A stretch of DNA of 64,000 bases from Oscillospiraceae bacterium (GCA_040307975.1 JAWRIJ010000080.1:3390-67389); one strand, 5' to 3'; counted from the stretch's first letter, positions 9,412 through 18,344 are shown. Translations and numbers: made by a program. The notes: a model not told the origin generated them from the letters alone.

Positions 9412-11151
9412 ATGGCGGACGAAGTCAAGACCACCATCGACGAGAGCGCGGAGAGCGAAAGCAAAAACTTTATCCATACCTTTGTGGAGGAAGATATCGG
9501 GCCCGGCGGGCAGTTTGAGGGGATGCGGGTACACACTCGGTTTCCACCCGAGCCGAACGGTTATCTGCACATCGGGCACTGCAAGGCGCTCATTATCGAC
9601 TTCGGCACGGCGGAGAAGTTTGGCGGTCTTTGCAACCTGCGCATGGACGACACGAACCCTGCCAAGGAGGACACTGAGTTTGTCGATGCGATCCAGGAGG
9701 ACATCCATTGGCTCGGCTTTGACTGGGGCGACCGCTTTTATTACGGCAGCGACTACTTCGAGAAAGACTATGAGTACGCCGTGGAGCTCATTAAGAAGGG
9801 CCTTGCCTACGTCTGCGACCTGACACCCGAGGAGTTCAAGGCGAACCGCGGCGACATCGGCAAGCCTGCCGTCTCGCCGTACCGCGACCGCGATATTGAG
9901 GAGAACCTCGACCTCTTTGAGCGCATGAAAAACGGCGAGTTCCCCGAAGGCAGCCGCACGCTTCGCGCGAAGATCGACCTTGCCTCCGGCAACTTTAATA
10001 TGCGCGATCCAGTATTTTACCGCATCCGCTACATTGACCATCACCGTCAGGGCAAGAAGTGGTGCATCTTCCCGATGTACGACTTTGCGCACCCCATTCA
10101 GGACGCGCTGGAGGGCATTACGCACTCGCTGTGCTCGCTGGAATACGAGGAGCACCGCCCGCTCTACGACTGGGTGGTGAACAACGTTTCCATTCCGTAT
10201 CACAAGCCGCGCCAGATCGAGTTTGCGCGCCTCGGCATCAACTATACGGTCATGTCCAAGCGCAAGCTGCGCCAGCTGGTCGAGCAGAATTACGTTTCCG
10301 GCTGGGACGACCCGCGCATGCCGACGCTCTGCGGTCTGCGCCGTCGAGGCTTCACGCCTGCCGCCATTCGCAATTTCTGCGAGCGCATCGGCGTGGCAAA
10401 GGCGCCGTCCACCATCGAGTATAGCTTTTTGGAGCATTGCCTGCGCGAGGATTTGAACGAACATGCCGAGCGCACGATGGCGGTGCTGCGCCCCGTGAAG
10501 CTCATCGTCACGAACTACCCCGAGGGCAAGAGTGAGACGTTCTCCGTCGAGAACAATCCCACCGACTCTGCCGCGGGCACGCATGAGATCACATTCTCCC
10601 GCGAGCTGTGGATCGAAGCGGACGACTTTATGGAGGAGCCTGTTCCCAAGTATAAGCGTTTGACCCCGAACGGCCCGGAGTGCCGCCTCAAGGGCGCGTA
10701 TCTCGTGCAGTGCACGGGCTGCAAGAAGGACGATGCGGGCAACGTGGTCGAGGTCTATGCGACCTACGACCCCGACTCCCGCGGCGGCGATCCAGCCGAT
10801 GGGCGCAAGGTCAAGGGCGCGACGCTCCATTGGGTCGACGCCGCCACCGCCGTGGACGCCGAAGTGCGCCTCTACGACTATCTTTTCAACGACCCGTCTC
10901 CCGACGGGCCGGACAAGAACTTCCTCGATTGCCTCAATCCCGATTCGCTTGAAACGCTTACCGGCTGCAAGATCGAGCCGGAGCTTGCGCGCGCCGCCGC
11001 GGCGTACGACAAGACCGAGAAGAAGGGCAAGACCGCGCCGACGTTCCAGTTCATGCGCCTTGGCTACTTCTGCCTTGACAGCAAGGATTCGAGCGCGGAG
11101 CATATCGTATTCAACCGCAGCGTCTCGCTCAAGGATAGTTTTAAGAAGTAA
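9412..11151 (+). CDS. glnS: Glutamine--tRNA ligase
   Basis: RFPPEPNGYLHIGH (HIGH) and MSKR motifs, plus FQFMRLGYF. The true start is ATG 9412 after GAGAGGG; the track's start at 9169 is too far upstream. Confidence 0.96.
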   Translation: MADEVKTTIDESAESESKNFIHTFVEEDIGPGGQFEGMRVHTRFPPEPNGYLHIGHCKALIIDFGTAEKFGGLCNLRMDDTNPAKEDTEFVDAIQEDIHWLGFDWGDRFYYGSDYFEKDYEYAVELIKKGLAYVCDLTPEEFKANRGDIGKPAVSPYRDRDIEENLDLFERMKNGEFPEGSRTLRAKIDLASGNFNMRDPVFYRIRYIDHHRQGKKWCIFPMYDFAHPIQDALEGITHSLCSLEYEEHRPLYDWVVNNVSIPYHKPRQIEFARLGINYTVMSKRKLRQLVEQNYVSGWDDPRMPTLCGLRRRGFTPAAIRNFCERIGVAKAPSTIEYSFLEHCLREDLNEHAERTMAVLRPVKLIVTNYPEGKSETFSVENNPTDSAAGTHEITFSRELWIEADDFMEEPVPKYKRLTPNGPECRLKGAYLVQCTGCKKDDAGNVVEVYATYDPDSRGGDPADGRKVKGATLHWVDAATAVDAEVRLYDYLFNDPSPDGPDKNFLDCLNPDSLETLTGCKIEPELARAAAAYDKTEKKGKTAPTFQFMRLGYFCLDSKDSSAEHIVFNRSVSLKDSFKK

Positions 11152-11191
11152 AGCGCATACTAACAAAAACCATCCGAAAGGAGAACATACC

Positions 11192-11524
11192 ATGGATTTG
11201 AACGAGCTCAAAAGCAAGGCCAAGGACGCGCTTCGTTCCACCGATCTCGACGAGAAGGTCGGCGCGGCGGCAAACGAAATGAAGAACAAGGTGCAGGATG
11301 TGCTCGACCGAACCGACCTTGACGAAAAGGTTAAAGCGGGCGCGGACAGGCTGCGTGCGAAGGCGGCGGACGTCGACGCCGACGCAATCCGCGCACAGGT
11401 ACAGGCAAACGCCGGCAAGCTCAAGGACAAGGTGCAGGAGGCGCTCGATAAGACCGACATTGATGAAAAGGTGAAGGCAGGCGCCGAGAAGCTCAAGGAC
11501 AAAATCAACGACGCATTGGATTGA
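11192..11524 (+). CDS. 110-aa highly charged helical-repeat protein (three TD[L/I]DEKV repeats)
   Basis: AAGGAG RBS, ATG 11192, followed by a terminator. Composition is rich in D, K, A and E. Confidence 0.8.
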   Translation: MDLNELKSKAKDALRSTDLDEKVGAAANEMKNKVQDVLDRTDLDEKVKAGADRLRAKAADVDADAIRAQVQANAGKLKDKVQEALDKTDIDEKVKAGAEKLKDKINDALD

Positions 11525-11528
11525 ATTG

Positions 11529-11558
11529 AAAAAGCGCGCCTGAAAGGGCGCGCTTTTT
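11529..11558 (+). terminator. Intrinsic terminator after glnS and the repeat protein
   Basis: AAAAAGCGCGCC-TGAAAG-GGCGCGCTTTTT. Confidence 0.88.
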
Positions 11559-11599
11559 CTGCTTTTTGACGGACTTTTCAATAAATTTCAAAATCCCTA

Positions 11600-11640
11600 T
11601 TGACAAATCGTAAATACTGTATATACTGTGCATATACAGT
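11600..11640 (+). promoter_or_regulatory. sigma-A promoter with overlapping YtrA-type operator
   Basis: TTGACA (11600-05), 16 bp, TATACT (11622-27). A perfect inverted repeat ACTGTATAT-N7-ATATACAGT spans 11616-11640. Confidence 0.8.
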
Positions 11641-11662
11641 AAGCTGACGGGGGGGCGGTTGC

Positions 11663-12037
11663 TTGAATGTACTGATCGACAACAAGAGCGGGACGCCGAT
11701 CTACGACCAGATTTACTCACAGATCAAGGCGCAGATCGTCGGCGGATCGCTGCGCGAGGACGAGCTGCTGCCATCCATCCGCAATCTTGCCAAGGATCTG
11801 CGCGTGAGCGTCATTACGACGAAGCGCGCTTATGACGAACTGGAGCGCGAGGGTTTTTTATACACGGTGGCGGGGAAGGGCTGCTTTGTCGCGCCGAAAA
11901 ACCTAGAGCTGCTGCGGGAAGAAAACCTCAAAGCAATCGAGGCGCATCTGGAGGCGGCGGCGAAGCTCGCGGCTTCCTGCGGCGTCGACCGAAACGAACT
12001 GGTGGGAATGTTGAAGCTTCTGACGGAGGACGAATAA
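11663..12037 (+). CDS. ytrA: GntR-family (YtrA subfamily) transcriptional regulator
   Basis: PIYDQIYSQIK and LPSIRNLAKDLRVSVITTKRAYDELE motifs. 124 aa, TTG start, precedes an ABC ATPase. Confidence 0.88.
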   Translation: MNVLIDNKSGTPIYDQIYSQIKAQIVGGSLREDELLPSIRNLAKDLRVSVITTKRAYDELEREGFLYTVAGKGCFVAPKNLELLREENLKAIEAHLEAAAKLAASCGVDRNELVGMLKLLTEDE

Positions 12038-12038
12038 A

Positions 12039-12881
12039 ATGAACGCTTTGGAACTCAAAGAGATACAAAAGAGCTATGGCGGCTTTACGCTCGGCCCGCT
12101 CGATTTGACGCTGCCGGCGGGCGCTATCCTCGGCCTTATCGGCGAGAACGGCGCGGGCAAGACCACTACCATAAAGCTGATCCTCGACATGATCGCGCGC
12201 GACGGCGGCACGGTGACGCTCTACGGCGCCGATGCGCGGGAGAGCTACCCGCTCGGCAGGGAGGATATCGGCGTTGTGCTCGACGAGGTGGGCTTCTCCG
12301 AGTGCCTGACGGCGCGCGAGGTCGGGAAGATCATGCGCGGCGTCTACCGCAACTGGGACGGCGCGGCATACGAGGGGTATCTCAAGCGCTTTGGAATGCC
12401 GGAGAAAAAGAGGTTCAAGGAGTTCTCCCTCGGCATGAAAAAGAAGCTTGCCATCGCGGTTGCGCTGTCGCATCACGCGAAGCTTTTGGTGCTTGACGAG
12501 CCGACAAGCGGACTCGACCCCGTTGCGCGTGACGAGGTAGTGGACATTTTCTCCGAGTTTACCCGCGACGAAAGCCACGCCGTGCTCATTTCCTCGCATA
12601 TTGTGAGCGATTTGGAAAAGCTCTGCGACTACATCGCATTTCTGCACAAAGGAAGGCTTATGCTCTGTGAGGAGAAGGACCGGCTTTATGAGGAGTACGG
12701 CGTTCTGCGCTGTTCAGCGGCTGATTTCGCGGCGATCGAACCGTCCGCGGTGGCCGGAAAACGCGAGACGCCCTACGGCGTCGAGGCGCTGGTAAAGCGG
12801 GAAAACGCGCCGCGCGGCATGGAACTCGGACGTGTAGATATCGAAGAGCTGTTTGTACTGATGGCGAAGGAGGCGAAGTGA
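12039..12881 (+). CDS. ABC transporter ATP-binding protein (YtrB-like)
   Basis: Walker A GENGAGKTT, signature FSLGMKKK, Walker B LVLDEPTSGLD. Confidence 0.93.
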   Translation: MNALELKEIQKSYGGFTLGPLDLTLPAGAILGLIGENGAGKTTTIKLILDMIARDGGTVTLYGADARESYPLGREDIGVVLDEVGFSECLTAREVGKIMRGVYRNWDGAAYEGYLKRFGMPEKKRFKEFSLGMKKKLAIAVALSHHAKLLVLDEPTSGLDPVARDEVVDIFSEFTRDESHAVLISSHIVSDLEKLCDYIAFLHKGRLMLCEEKDRLYEEYGVLRCSAADFAAIEPSAVAGKRETPYGVEALVKRENAPRGMELGRVDIEELFVLMAKEAK

Positions 12882-12882
12882 G

Positions 12883-13500
12883 ATGAAGGGCTTGCTGCTC
12901 AAGGATTGGTATCTGACGCTCAAGTATGCGCGATTTCTGATGCTGTTTGCGGTGATCTATGGCGTTGCCGGCGTGTTTCGACAGGACTTTGCCGCTTTCT
13001 CCATCCTGCCCGTCATGATGATCGCGCTGCTGCCGCAGACGCTCGTTTCCTATGACGAACGGGAAAAATGGACGGTGTACGCGCAGGCGCTGCCCGTCTC
13101 CCGCGCGCAGTACGTGACGGAAAAGTATCTCTTCGGCGCGTGCTGCTACGCGGTGTATCTCGCGGTGCTGGCGCTTTTGCACCTCGCGGCGGGGACGGAG
13201 GATTACGGGACGCTCTTCGCCATGCAGTTTTCCATCGGGCTGCTCGCGCCGTCCGTCCTGCTGCCGCTTCTGTTCCGCTTCGGCTCGGAGAAGGGACGCA
13301 TGGCGTACCTCATTGTGATTGCCGCGTTTTTCGGCGCGGCGATGGTGCTGATGCAGGGAGCGTCGTTGGTGGGGCGTGGCGGCGTCACGGCTATCGTGAG
13401 CGGCGCACTTCCGGCATTGGTACTCTGCCCAATCATGGTTGCGGTATATGTTCTCTCATGGCGTATTGCGATCGCAATGTACCAAAAACGCGAATTATGA
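12883..13500 (+). CDS. ABC-2 family transporter permease
   Basis: MKGLLLKD start, about 6 hydrophobic segments, follows the ATPase. Confidence 0.85.
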   Translation: MKGLLLKDWYLTLKYARFLMLFAVIYGVAGVFRQDFAAFSILPVMMIALLPQTLVSYDEREKWTVYAQALPVSRAQYVTEKYLFGACCYAVYLAVLALLHLAAGTEDYGTLFAMQFSIGLLAPSVLLPLLFRFGSEKGRMAYLIVIAAFFGAAMVLMQGASLVGRGGVTAIVSGALPALVLCPIMVAVYVLSWRIAIAMYQKREL

Positions 13501-13512
13501 GCGTAAACAGCG

Positions 13513-13542
13513 AAAAAACGCACGGGAAACCGTGCGCTTTTT
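13513..13542. terminator. Bidirectional terminator between the ABC permease and sigG
   Basis: AAAAAA-CGCACGG-GAAA-CCGTGCG-CTTTTT between convergent genes. Confidence 0.8.
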
Positions 13543-14313
13543 CTATAATTGCTTTTTGATCGCCTTGATGGCATTCTTTTCGAGGCGAGAGACCTGCGCC
13601 TGCGAGATGCCGATCTCGTCGGATACCTCCATCTGCGTCTTGCCTTCGGAAAACCGCAGGGAGAGGATGCGCCGCTCGCGGGTCGTCAGGCGCGCCATCG
13701 CGTCCTTGAGCGCGATGTGCTCCAGCCAGTCCTCGTCGGTGTTTTTGGAATCACGCACCTGATCCATGACCGTCACCGTGTCGCCGCCGTCTGAATAAAT
13801 CGGCTCGAAGAGGGATACGGGATCGACTACCGCGTCCATCGCGAAGACGACCTCCTCGCGTGGGATATCAAGCTCCTTTGCGATCTGCTCGACCGTCGGC
13901 TCGCGCTGCTGCTCGCGCTGGAGCTTTTCACGCGCCTGCAGGACGCGGTACGCCGTGTCGCGTGTGCTGCGGCTGACGCGCACGGCGCTGTTGTCGCGCA
14001 GATACCGGCGTATTTCGCCAATGATCATCGGAACGCCGTAGGTCGAAAAGCGTACGTTTTGGTTTACGTCGAAGTTGTCGATGGCTTTGATGAGCCCCAC
14101 ACAGCCGATTTGAAACAGGTCGTCGGCATTTTCGCCGCGTCCCGCGAAGCGCTGCACGACCGAGAGCACCAACCGAAGATTTCCCTCGACCAGCGTTTCC
14201 CGCGCCGTCTTGTCGCCGTTTTCCGCCTTTTGGAACAGTTCGTCCATCTCCGTGCCCGAGAGCACCGGAAGCCTTGCCGTGTTTACGCCGCAGATTTCCA
14301 CCTTGCCAAGCAT
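13543..14313 (-). CDS. sigG: Forespore sigma factor SigG
   Basis: N-terminus KVEICGVNTARLPVL, plus DLFQIGCVGLIKAIDNF, FSTYGVPMIIGEIRRYLRD and GKTQMEVSDEIGISQAQVSRLEK. Confidence 0.95.
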   Translation of the reverse strand: MLGKVEICGVNTARLPVLSGTEMDELFQKAENGDKTARETLVEGNLRLVLSVVQRFAGRGENADDLFQIGCVGLIKAIDNFDVNQNVRFSTYGVPMIIGEIRRYLRDNSAVRVSRSTRDTAYRVLQAREKLQREQQREPTVEQIAKELDIPREEVVFAMDAVVDPVSLFEPIYSDGGDTVTVMDQVRDSKNTDEDWLEHIALKDAMARLTTRERRILSLRFSEGKTQMEVSDEIGISQAQVSRLEKNAIKAIKKQL

Positions 14314-14348
14314 TTGACTGCCTCCCGCCGTTTCGTAATGACGCTTTT

Positions 14349-14377
14349 TATTCTTTCCGCGCGGCGGGGAATCATAC
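14349..14377 (-). promoter_or_regulatory. Putative sigma-F-type promoter of sigG
   Basis: On the minus strand: GTATG, 14 bp, GGAAAGAATA, matching the B. subtilis sigma-F pattern GYATA...GGnnAnAHTR. RBS GGGAGG precedes the ATG. Confidence 0.55.
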
Positions 14378-14499
14378 GGAAGGGAGACGCCAGAAAAAAT
14401 AAACTTTTCGCGGGTTTTCGATGGACTTTTTCCAATTTCCTTTGTGCAATTCTGCTGTGGAAAACAGGAGGATTGCTCAGAAGCGCCGGACCTTTCCCC

Positions 14500-14529
14500 G
14501 CATCGGACGTCCCCGCTCCCGCATATCCT
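14500..14529 (+). promoter_or_regulatory. Possible sigma-E-type promoter of ylmC
   Basis: gcATC, 17 bp, CATATCCT, resembling ATa-N16-18-cATAcanT. Confidence 0.35.
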
Positions 14530-14549
14530 ATAGGGAAAGAGGTGGGGAG

Positions 14550-14837
14550 ATGGACCAGCGCTTTACCGAGCTGCGGTGCAAGGAGGTCATCAATATCTGC
14601 GACGGCTGCCGCCTCGGCTATGTCGGCGACCTCGACCTGCGCGTTCCGGAGGGGGAGATCACGGCGATCATCGTGCCTGGGCCGCTTAAGTTCTTTGGAC
14701 TTTTTGGCAGGGGGGAGGAGTACTATATCCCGTGGCGCGCGATCCGCCGCATTGGAGACGATGTCATTCTCATCGAGCACAAGTTCCCGCACCGCGAGGC
14801 GGAACCGCCGCCGAGAGGGAAAAAACGAAAATGGTAA
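14550..14837 (+). CDS. ylmC: YlmC/YmxH family sporulation protein (PRC barrel)
   Basis: RFTELRCKEVINICDGCRLGYVGD...IPWRAIRRIGDDVILI. Start reassigned to ATG 14550 after AGAGGTGG. Confidence 0.9.
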   Translation: MDQRFTELRCKEVINICDGCRLGYVGDLDLRVPEGEITAIIVPGPLKFFGLFGRGEEYYIPWRAIRRIGDDVILIEHKFPHREAEPPPRGKKRKW

Positions 14838-14865
14838 GCGCCGCTTAGAGCGGCGCTTACTTTTT
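14834..14865 (+). terminator. Intrinsic terminator after ylmC
   Basis: GTAAGCGCCGCT-TAG-AGCGGCGCTTAC followed by TTTTT. Confidence 0.85.
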
Positions 14866-14888
14866 CAGCGACTTCTTGCAAAAAACAC

Positions 14889-14917
14889 TTGCAATTTTCA
14901 AAACACTGTGCTATTCT
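14889..14917 (+). promoter_or_regulatory. sigma-A promoter of rpsB-tsf
   Basis: TTGCAA, 17 bp, TATTCT with an extended -10 TG. Confidence 0.75.
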
Positions 14918-14923
14918 ATCAGG

Positions 14924-15005
14924 GCATTCCGCACGGAGACGGACTTTTCGCCGGTGCCCGCAAGGGTCGGCGGAGGGGTGGAAGGCTCCGGAGGTAAAAA
15001 CAAAA
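14924..15005 (+). ncRNA. rpsB 5' leader (t44-like, putative S2 autoregulatory element)
   Basis: Nested pairings CGGAG/CTCCG, CTTTTCGCC/GGCGGAGGG and CCC-GCAA-GGG. GGTGC and GGAGG..AAAC elements occur as in rpsB leaders. Confidence 0.6.
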
Positions 15006-15027
15006 ATAAAAGGAGAAACAACAGAAA

Positions 15028-15771
15028 ATGGCAAACGTCGTATCCATGAAAGCCCTGCTCGAAGCAGGCGTGCACTTCGGTCATCAGACCCGTCGCTGGA
15101 ACCCCAAGATGGCTCCCTATATCTATACGGAGCGCAACGGCATCTACATCATCGACCTGCAGAAGACCGTCAAGAAGCTCGAAGAGGCCTATAACTTCGT
15201 GCGCGGCATCTCCGAGGAGGGCAAGACGCTCCTCTTCGTCGGCACCAAGAAGCAGGCGCAGGAGGCCATCCGTGACGAGGCTCTTCGCTGCAACATGTAC
15301 TATGTCAACGCCCGCTGGCTCGGCGGCATGATGACCAACTTCAAGACCATGCGCACCCGCATCGACCGCCTCACGCAGCTCAAGCGCATGCAGGAGGACG
15401 GCACGTTCGATATGCTGCCCAAGAAGGAAGTTATGAAGCACCTCGGCGAGATCGAGAAGCTTGAGAAGTACCTCGGCGGCGTCAAGGAGATGAACAAGCT
15501 CCCCGGCGCGCTCTTCATCGTCGATACCCGCAAGGAGCGCAACGCCATTGCCGAGGCTCACAAGCTCGGTATCCCCGTTGTCGCCATCGCGGACACCAAC
15601 TGCGACCCTGACGAGATCGATTACCCGATCCCGGGCAACGACGACGCGATCCGCGCGATCAAGCTGATTGCTTCCGTCATGGCGAACGCCATGATCGAGG
15701 GCAAGCAGGGCGAGGTTATGGAGGACGCCGTGGCCGAGAAGGCTGAGGGCGAAGCTGAATCTGAGGCGTAA
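15028..15771 (+). CDS. rpsB: 30S ribosomal protein S2
   Basis: [19 protein letters not shown] and [11 protein letters not shown]. Confidence 0.98.
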   Translation: MANVVSMKALLEAGVHFGHQTRRWNPKMAPYIYTERNGIYIIDLQKTVKKLEEAYNFVRGISEEGKTLLFVGTKKQAQEAIRDEALRCNMYYVNARWLGGMMTNFKTMRTRIDRLTQLKRMQEDGTFDMLPKKEVMKHLGEIEKLEKYLGGVKEMNKLPGALFIVDTRKERNAIAEAHKLGIPVVAIADTNCDPDEIDYPIPGNDDAIRAIKLIASVMANAMIEGKQGEVMEDAVAEKAEGEAESEA

Positions 15772-15785
15772 GGAGGATACGAAAA

Positions 15786-16706
15786 ATGGCTTTTACCGCA
15801 CAGGATGTTAAGACGCTGCGCGAGATGACCGGCGTCGGCATGATGGACTGCAAAAAGGCGCTGACCGAGACCGACGGCAACATGGACAAGGCGGTCGAGT
15901 GGCTGCGTGAAAAGGGCATGGCCGCCTCTGCCAAGAAGGCCGGCCGCATTGCCGCCGAGGGTATGGCATATGCCGCCGTGATCGACGGCGTGGGCGTTGC
16001 GGTCGAGGTCAATGCCGAGACCGATTTCGTCGGTAAGAACGAGAAGTTCCAGGACTTCGTCAAGGGCGTCGCGGCGACCGTCGCGAAGGAGAACCCCGCC
16101 GATCTCGACGCGCTGTTTGCGCTCAAGTTCCAGGGCGGCGAGCGCACCGTGCTTGAGCAGCAGAACGAGATGGTGCTGGTTATCGGCGAGAACATCAAGG
16201 TTCGCCGTTTCCAGCGCTTCGCGGAGAATACCTCCGTCGCCTATATCCACGCCGGCGGCAAGATCGGCGTCATCGTCAACCTCAAGGTCGAGGGCGGCAT
16301 CGACGCGACTGAGATCGGCAAGGATATTGCGATGCAGATCGCGGCGCTGAATCCTCGCTTTTGGGACAAGAGCCAGGTCACGGACGCCGTGATCGAGGAA
16401 GAAAAGAAGATCATGCTTGCCCAAATGGACAACGATCCCAAGATGGCCTCCAAGCCCCAGCAGGTCAAGGAGAACATCGTCAAGGGCAAGATGAACAAGT
16501 TCTACTCTGAGAACTGCCTCCTCCAGCAGGCGTTCGTCAAGGACGGAGACGTTACGGTCGAGCAGTATATGGAGAAATCCGCCAAGGCGCTCGGCGGCAA
16601 GGTCACCTTTGTTGACGCCGTCCGCTTTGAAAAGGGCGAGGGCATCGAGAAGAAGCAGGAGAATGTCGCTGATGAGATCGCGACGCTCGCCGGACTTAAG
16701 AAGTAA
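15786..16706 (+). CDS. tsf: Translation elongation factor Ts
   Basis: LREMTGVGMMDCKKAL and EVNAETDFV. Confidence 0.98.
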   Translation: MAFTAQDVKTLREMTGVGMMDCKKALTETDGNMDKAVEWLREKGMAASAKKAGRIAAEGMAYAAVIDGVGVAVEVNAETDFVGKNEKFQDFVKGVAATVAKENPADLDALFALKFQGGERTVLEQQNEMVLVIGENIKVRRFQRFAENTSVAYIHAGGKIGVIVNLKVEGGIDATEIGKDIAMQIAALNPRFWDKSQVTDAVIEEEKKIMLAQMDNDPKMASKPQQVKENIVKGKMNKFYSENCLLQQAFVKDGDVTVEQYMEKSAKALGGKVTFVDAVRFEKGEGIEKKQENVADEIATLAGLKK

Positions 16707-16716
16707 ATCATCCCTT

Positions 16717-16749
16717 AAAAGAGCCGCGGTAATGCCGCGGCTCTTTTTT
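16717..16749 (+). terminator. Intrinsic terminator after tsf
   Basis: AAAAGAGCCGCGG-TAATG-CCGCGGCTCTTTTTT. Confidence 0.9.
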
Positions 16750-16792
16750 ATGGGTTTTGCAGGAAAAATGCAGGGGAAAATGCAAAATCGGC

Positions 16793-16821
16793 TTGTAAAT
16801 GGAAACAATGGATGATATACT
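16793..16821 (+). promoter_or_regulatory. sigma-A promoter of the site-2 protease-scpAB unit
   Basis: TTGTAA, 17 bp, TATACT with an extended TG. Confidence 0.7.
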
Positions 16822-16880
16822 AACTTAGTTAGAGTATGCTTTTGCGACAATTCTTGCATATTCGCATGGGAGAAACTGCG

Positions 16881-17537
16881 TTGGACGCCTTTGAGAACTT
16901 CCTTTCCTCACTTGATACCACGGCGCTTTTCAGCGCGGCGCTTCGGCTTGTCGCGGTGCTGCTGTGCCTGACGGTGCATGAGACCTGCCACGGGCTTGCC
17001 GCCTATGCGCTCGGTGACCCGACGGCAAAGAGCGAGCATCGGCTGAGCCTCAATCCGCTGCACCACATCGACTGGTTTGGTCTCGCGGCGATGCTGACGC
17101 TCGGCTTTGGCTGGGCGAAACCCGTGCCGGTGGATATGCGCTATTTCAAGCATCCCAAGCGAGGCATGGCGCTTACCGCGCTCGCGGGGCCGATATCAAA
17201 CCTGCTGTTTGCTTTCCTCGCGCTGCTCGGCTGCAAGGTAGTGTTGGACTATTCGCCCGATACGGCGTCGTGGGGCTGGGTGTTTGCCTTTTTAAAGATG
17301 CTTGCCTCGCTCAACGTGGGTCTAGGCGTCTTCAATCTCATCCCAATTTCGCCGCTCGACGGCTCAAAGGTGCTTTTTTCGCTCCTGCCGGACGCGGCGT
17401 ACGAAAAGCTCATGTACTATGAGCGCTACGGCTTTATTCTGCTTTACGCGCTCATTTTCTTTGGCGCGCTGGACGGTTTTCTTGGAAAAGCCGTCTCCGC
17501 CGTGTTTTCCGCGATGGTGAATCTGATTTTCTACTAA
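16881..17537 (+). CDS. Site-2 protease (M50) family membrane metallopeptidase
   Basis: HETCH (HExxH), ALAGPISN and NLIPISPLDG motifs. Likely TTG start at 16881 after GGGAGA; alternative starts are 16836 and 16866. Confidence 0.88.
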   Translation: MDAFENFLSSLDTTALFSAALRLVAVLLCLTVHETCHGLAAYALGDPTAKSEHRLSLNPLHHIDWFGLAAMLTLGFGWAKPVPVDMRYFKHPKRGMALTALAGPISNLLFAFLALLGCKVVLDYSPDTASWGWVFAFLKMLASLNVGLGVFNLIPISPLDGSKVLFSLLPDAAYEKLMYYERYGFILLYALIFFGALDGFLGKAVSAVFSAMVNLIFY

Positions 17538-17546
17538 GGACTGCGT

Positions 17547-18332
17547 ATGGACAACCCCATTTTCAAGCTCGAAAGCGTGGTACAGGAGCGGAACGAAGAG
17601 GCGCTTCAGGACTTTGAAGGGCCGCTTGACCTGATCCTGTTTCTGCTATCGAAAAACAAAATCGAAATACAGAACATCCCCATCGCGCTGATCCTCGACC
17701 AGTATCAGGCGTATCTGGAGCAGCGCAAGAGCCTCGATCTGGAGATCGCGAGCGAATTTATTACGATGGCGGCGCATTTGATGTTCATCAAGTCGCGCAT
17801 GCTGATCTCGCTGGAGGACGAGGAAGCGCAAAACGAAATGGATGAATTGATCCACGCTTTGCAGGAGCGCCAGCAGAAGGACACCTATCTTCGCGTTAAG
17901 CTTATGACCGAGACGATGGCGGCCATGAGCGAGTTCGGACGCAATACGATGACGCGCAACCCAGAGCCGGTGGAGCGCGGCGCGATCTATGAGTACGACC
18001 ACGAGCCGGAAGATCTGATCGTTGCGATGGAGTCGATCTCCGACCGCGCGGAGCGCCTCGCGCCGCCGGATCGCGCGGCGTTCAGCGAGATCGTGCGCCG
18101 TGAGCCGTACTCCGTGCAGGACAAGGCAAATGAGATCATCGGCCGGCTCAAGAACTTTGGCATCACGCGGTTTTTGCTGCTGTTTCGCGGCAGCCGCTCG
18201 CGCAGCGAGATCGTTGCGACGTTTATCGCGGTGCTGGAGCTGTGCCGTGAGAAGGTCATCCGGCTTGCGGGGTCGGATATCGACTGCACGGTGGACTATG
18301 AAAAGGACGCGCCGGAGATGCTGGCGCTGTAA
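17547..18332 (+). CDS. scpA: Segregation and condensation protein A
   Basis: FEGPLDLILFLL and IVATFIAVLEL. Confidence 0.95.
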   Translation: MDNPIFKLESVVQERNEEALQDFEGPLDLILFLLSKNKIEIQNIPIALILDQYQAYLEQRKSLDLEIASEFITMAAHLMFIKSRMLISLEDEEAQNEMDELIHALQERQQKDTYLRVKLMTETMAAMSEFGRNTMTRNPEPVERGAIYEYDHEPEDLIVAMESISDRAERLAPPDRAAFSEIVRREPYSVQDKANEIIGRLKNFGITRFLLLFRGSRSRSEIVATFIAVLELCREKVIRLAGSDIDCTVDYEKDAPEMLAL

Positions 18333-18344
18333 GGAGAGAACGCA

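Noticed and set aside
9319-11508. 729-aa minus-strand ORF opposite glnS, and similar long shadow ORFs (45814-47334, 62048-63934, 15621-16859, 26145-27380)
   Set aside because: They lie antisense to well-recognised genes, show no motifs or RBS, and are the expected by-product of high GC and codon bias.
15028-16706. rpsB-tsf is separated from pyrH-frr-uppS-cdsA-dxr-rseP, and coaBC is missing between rpoZ and priA
   Set aside because: Such operon splits are common in Clostridia, and there is no junction signature suggesting anything more.
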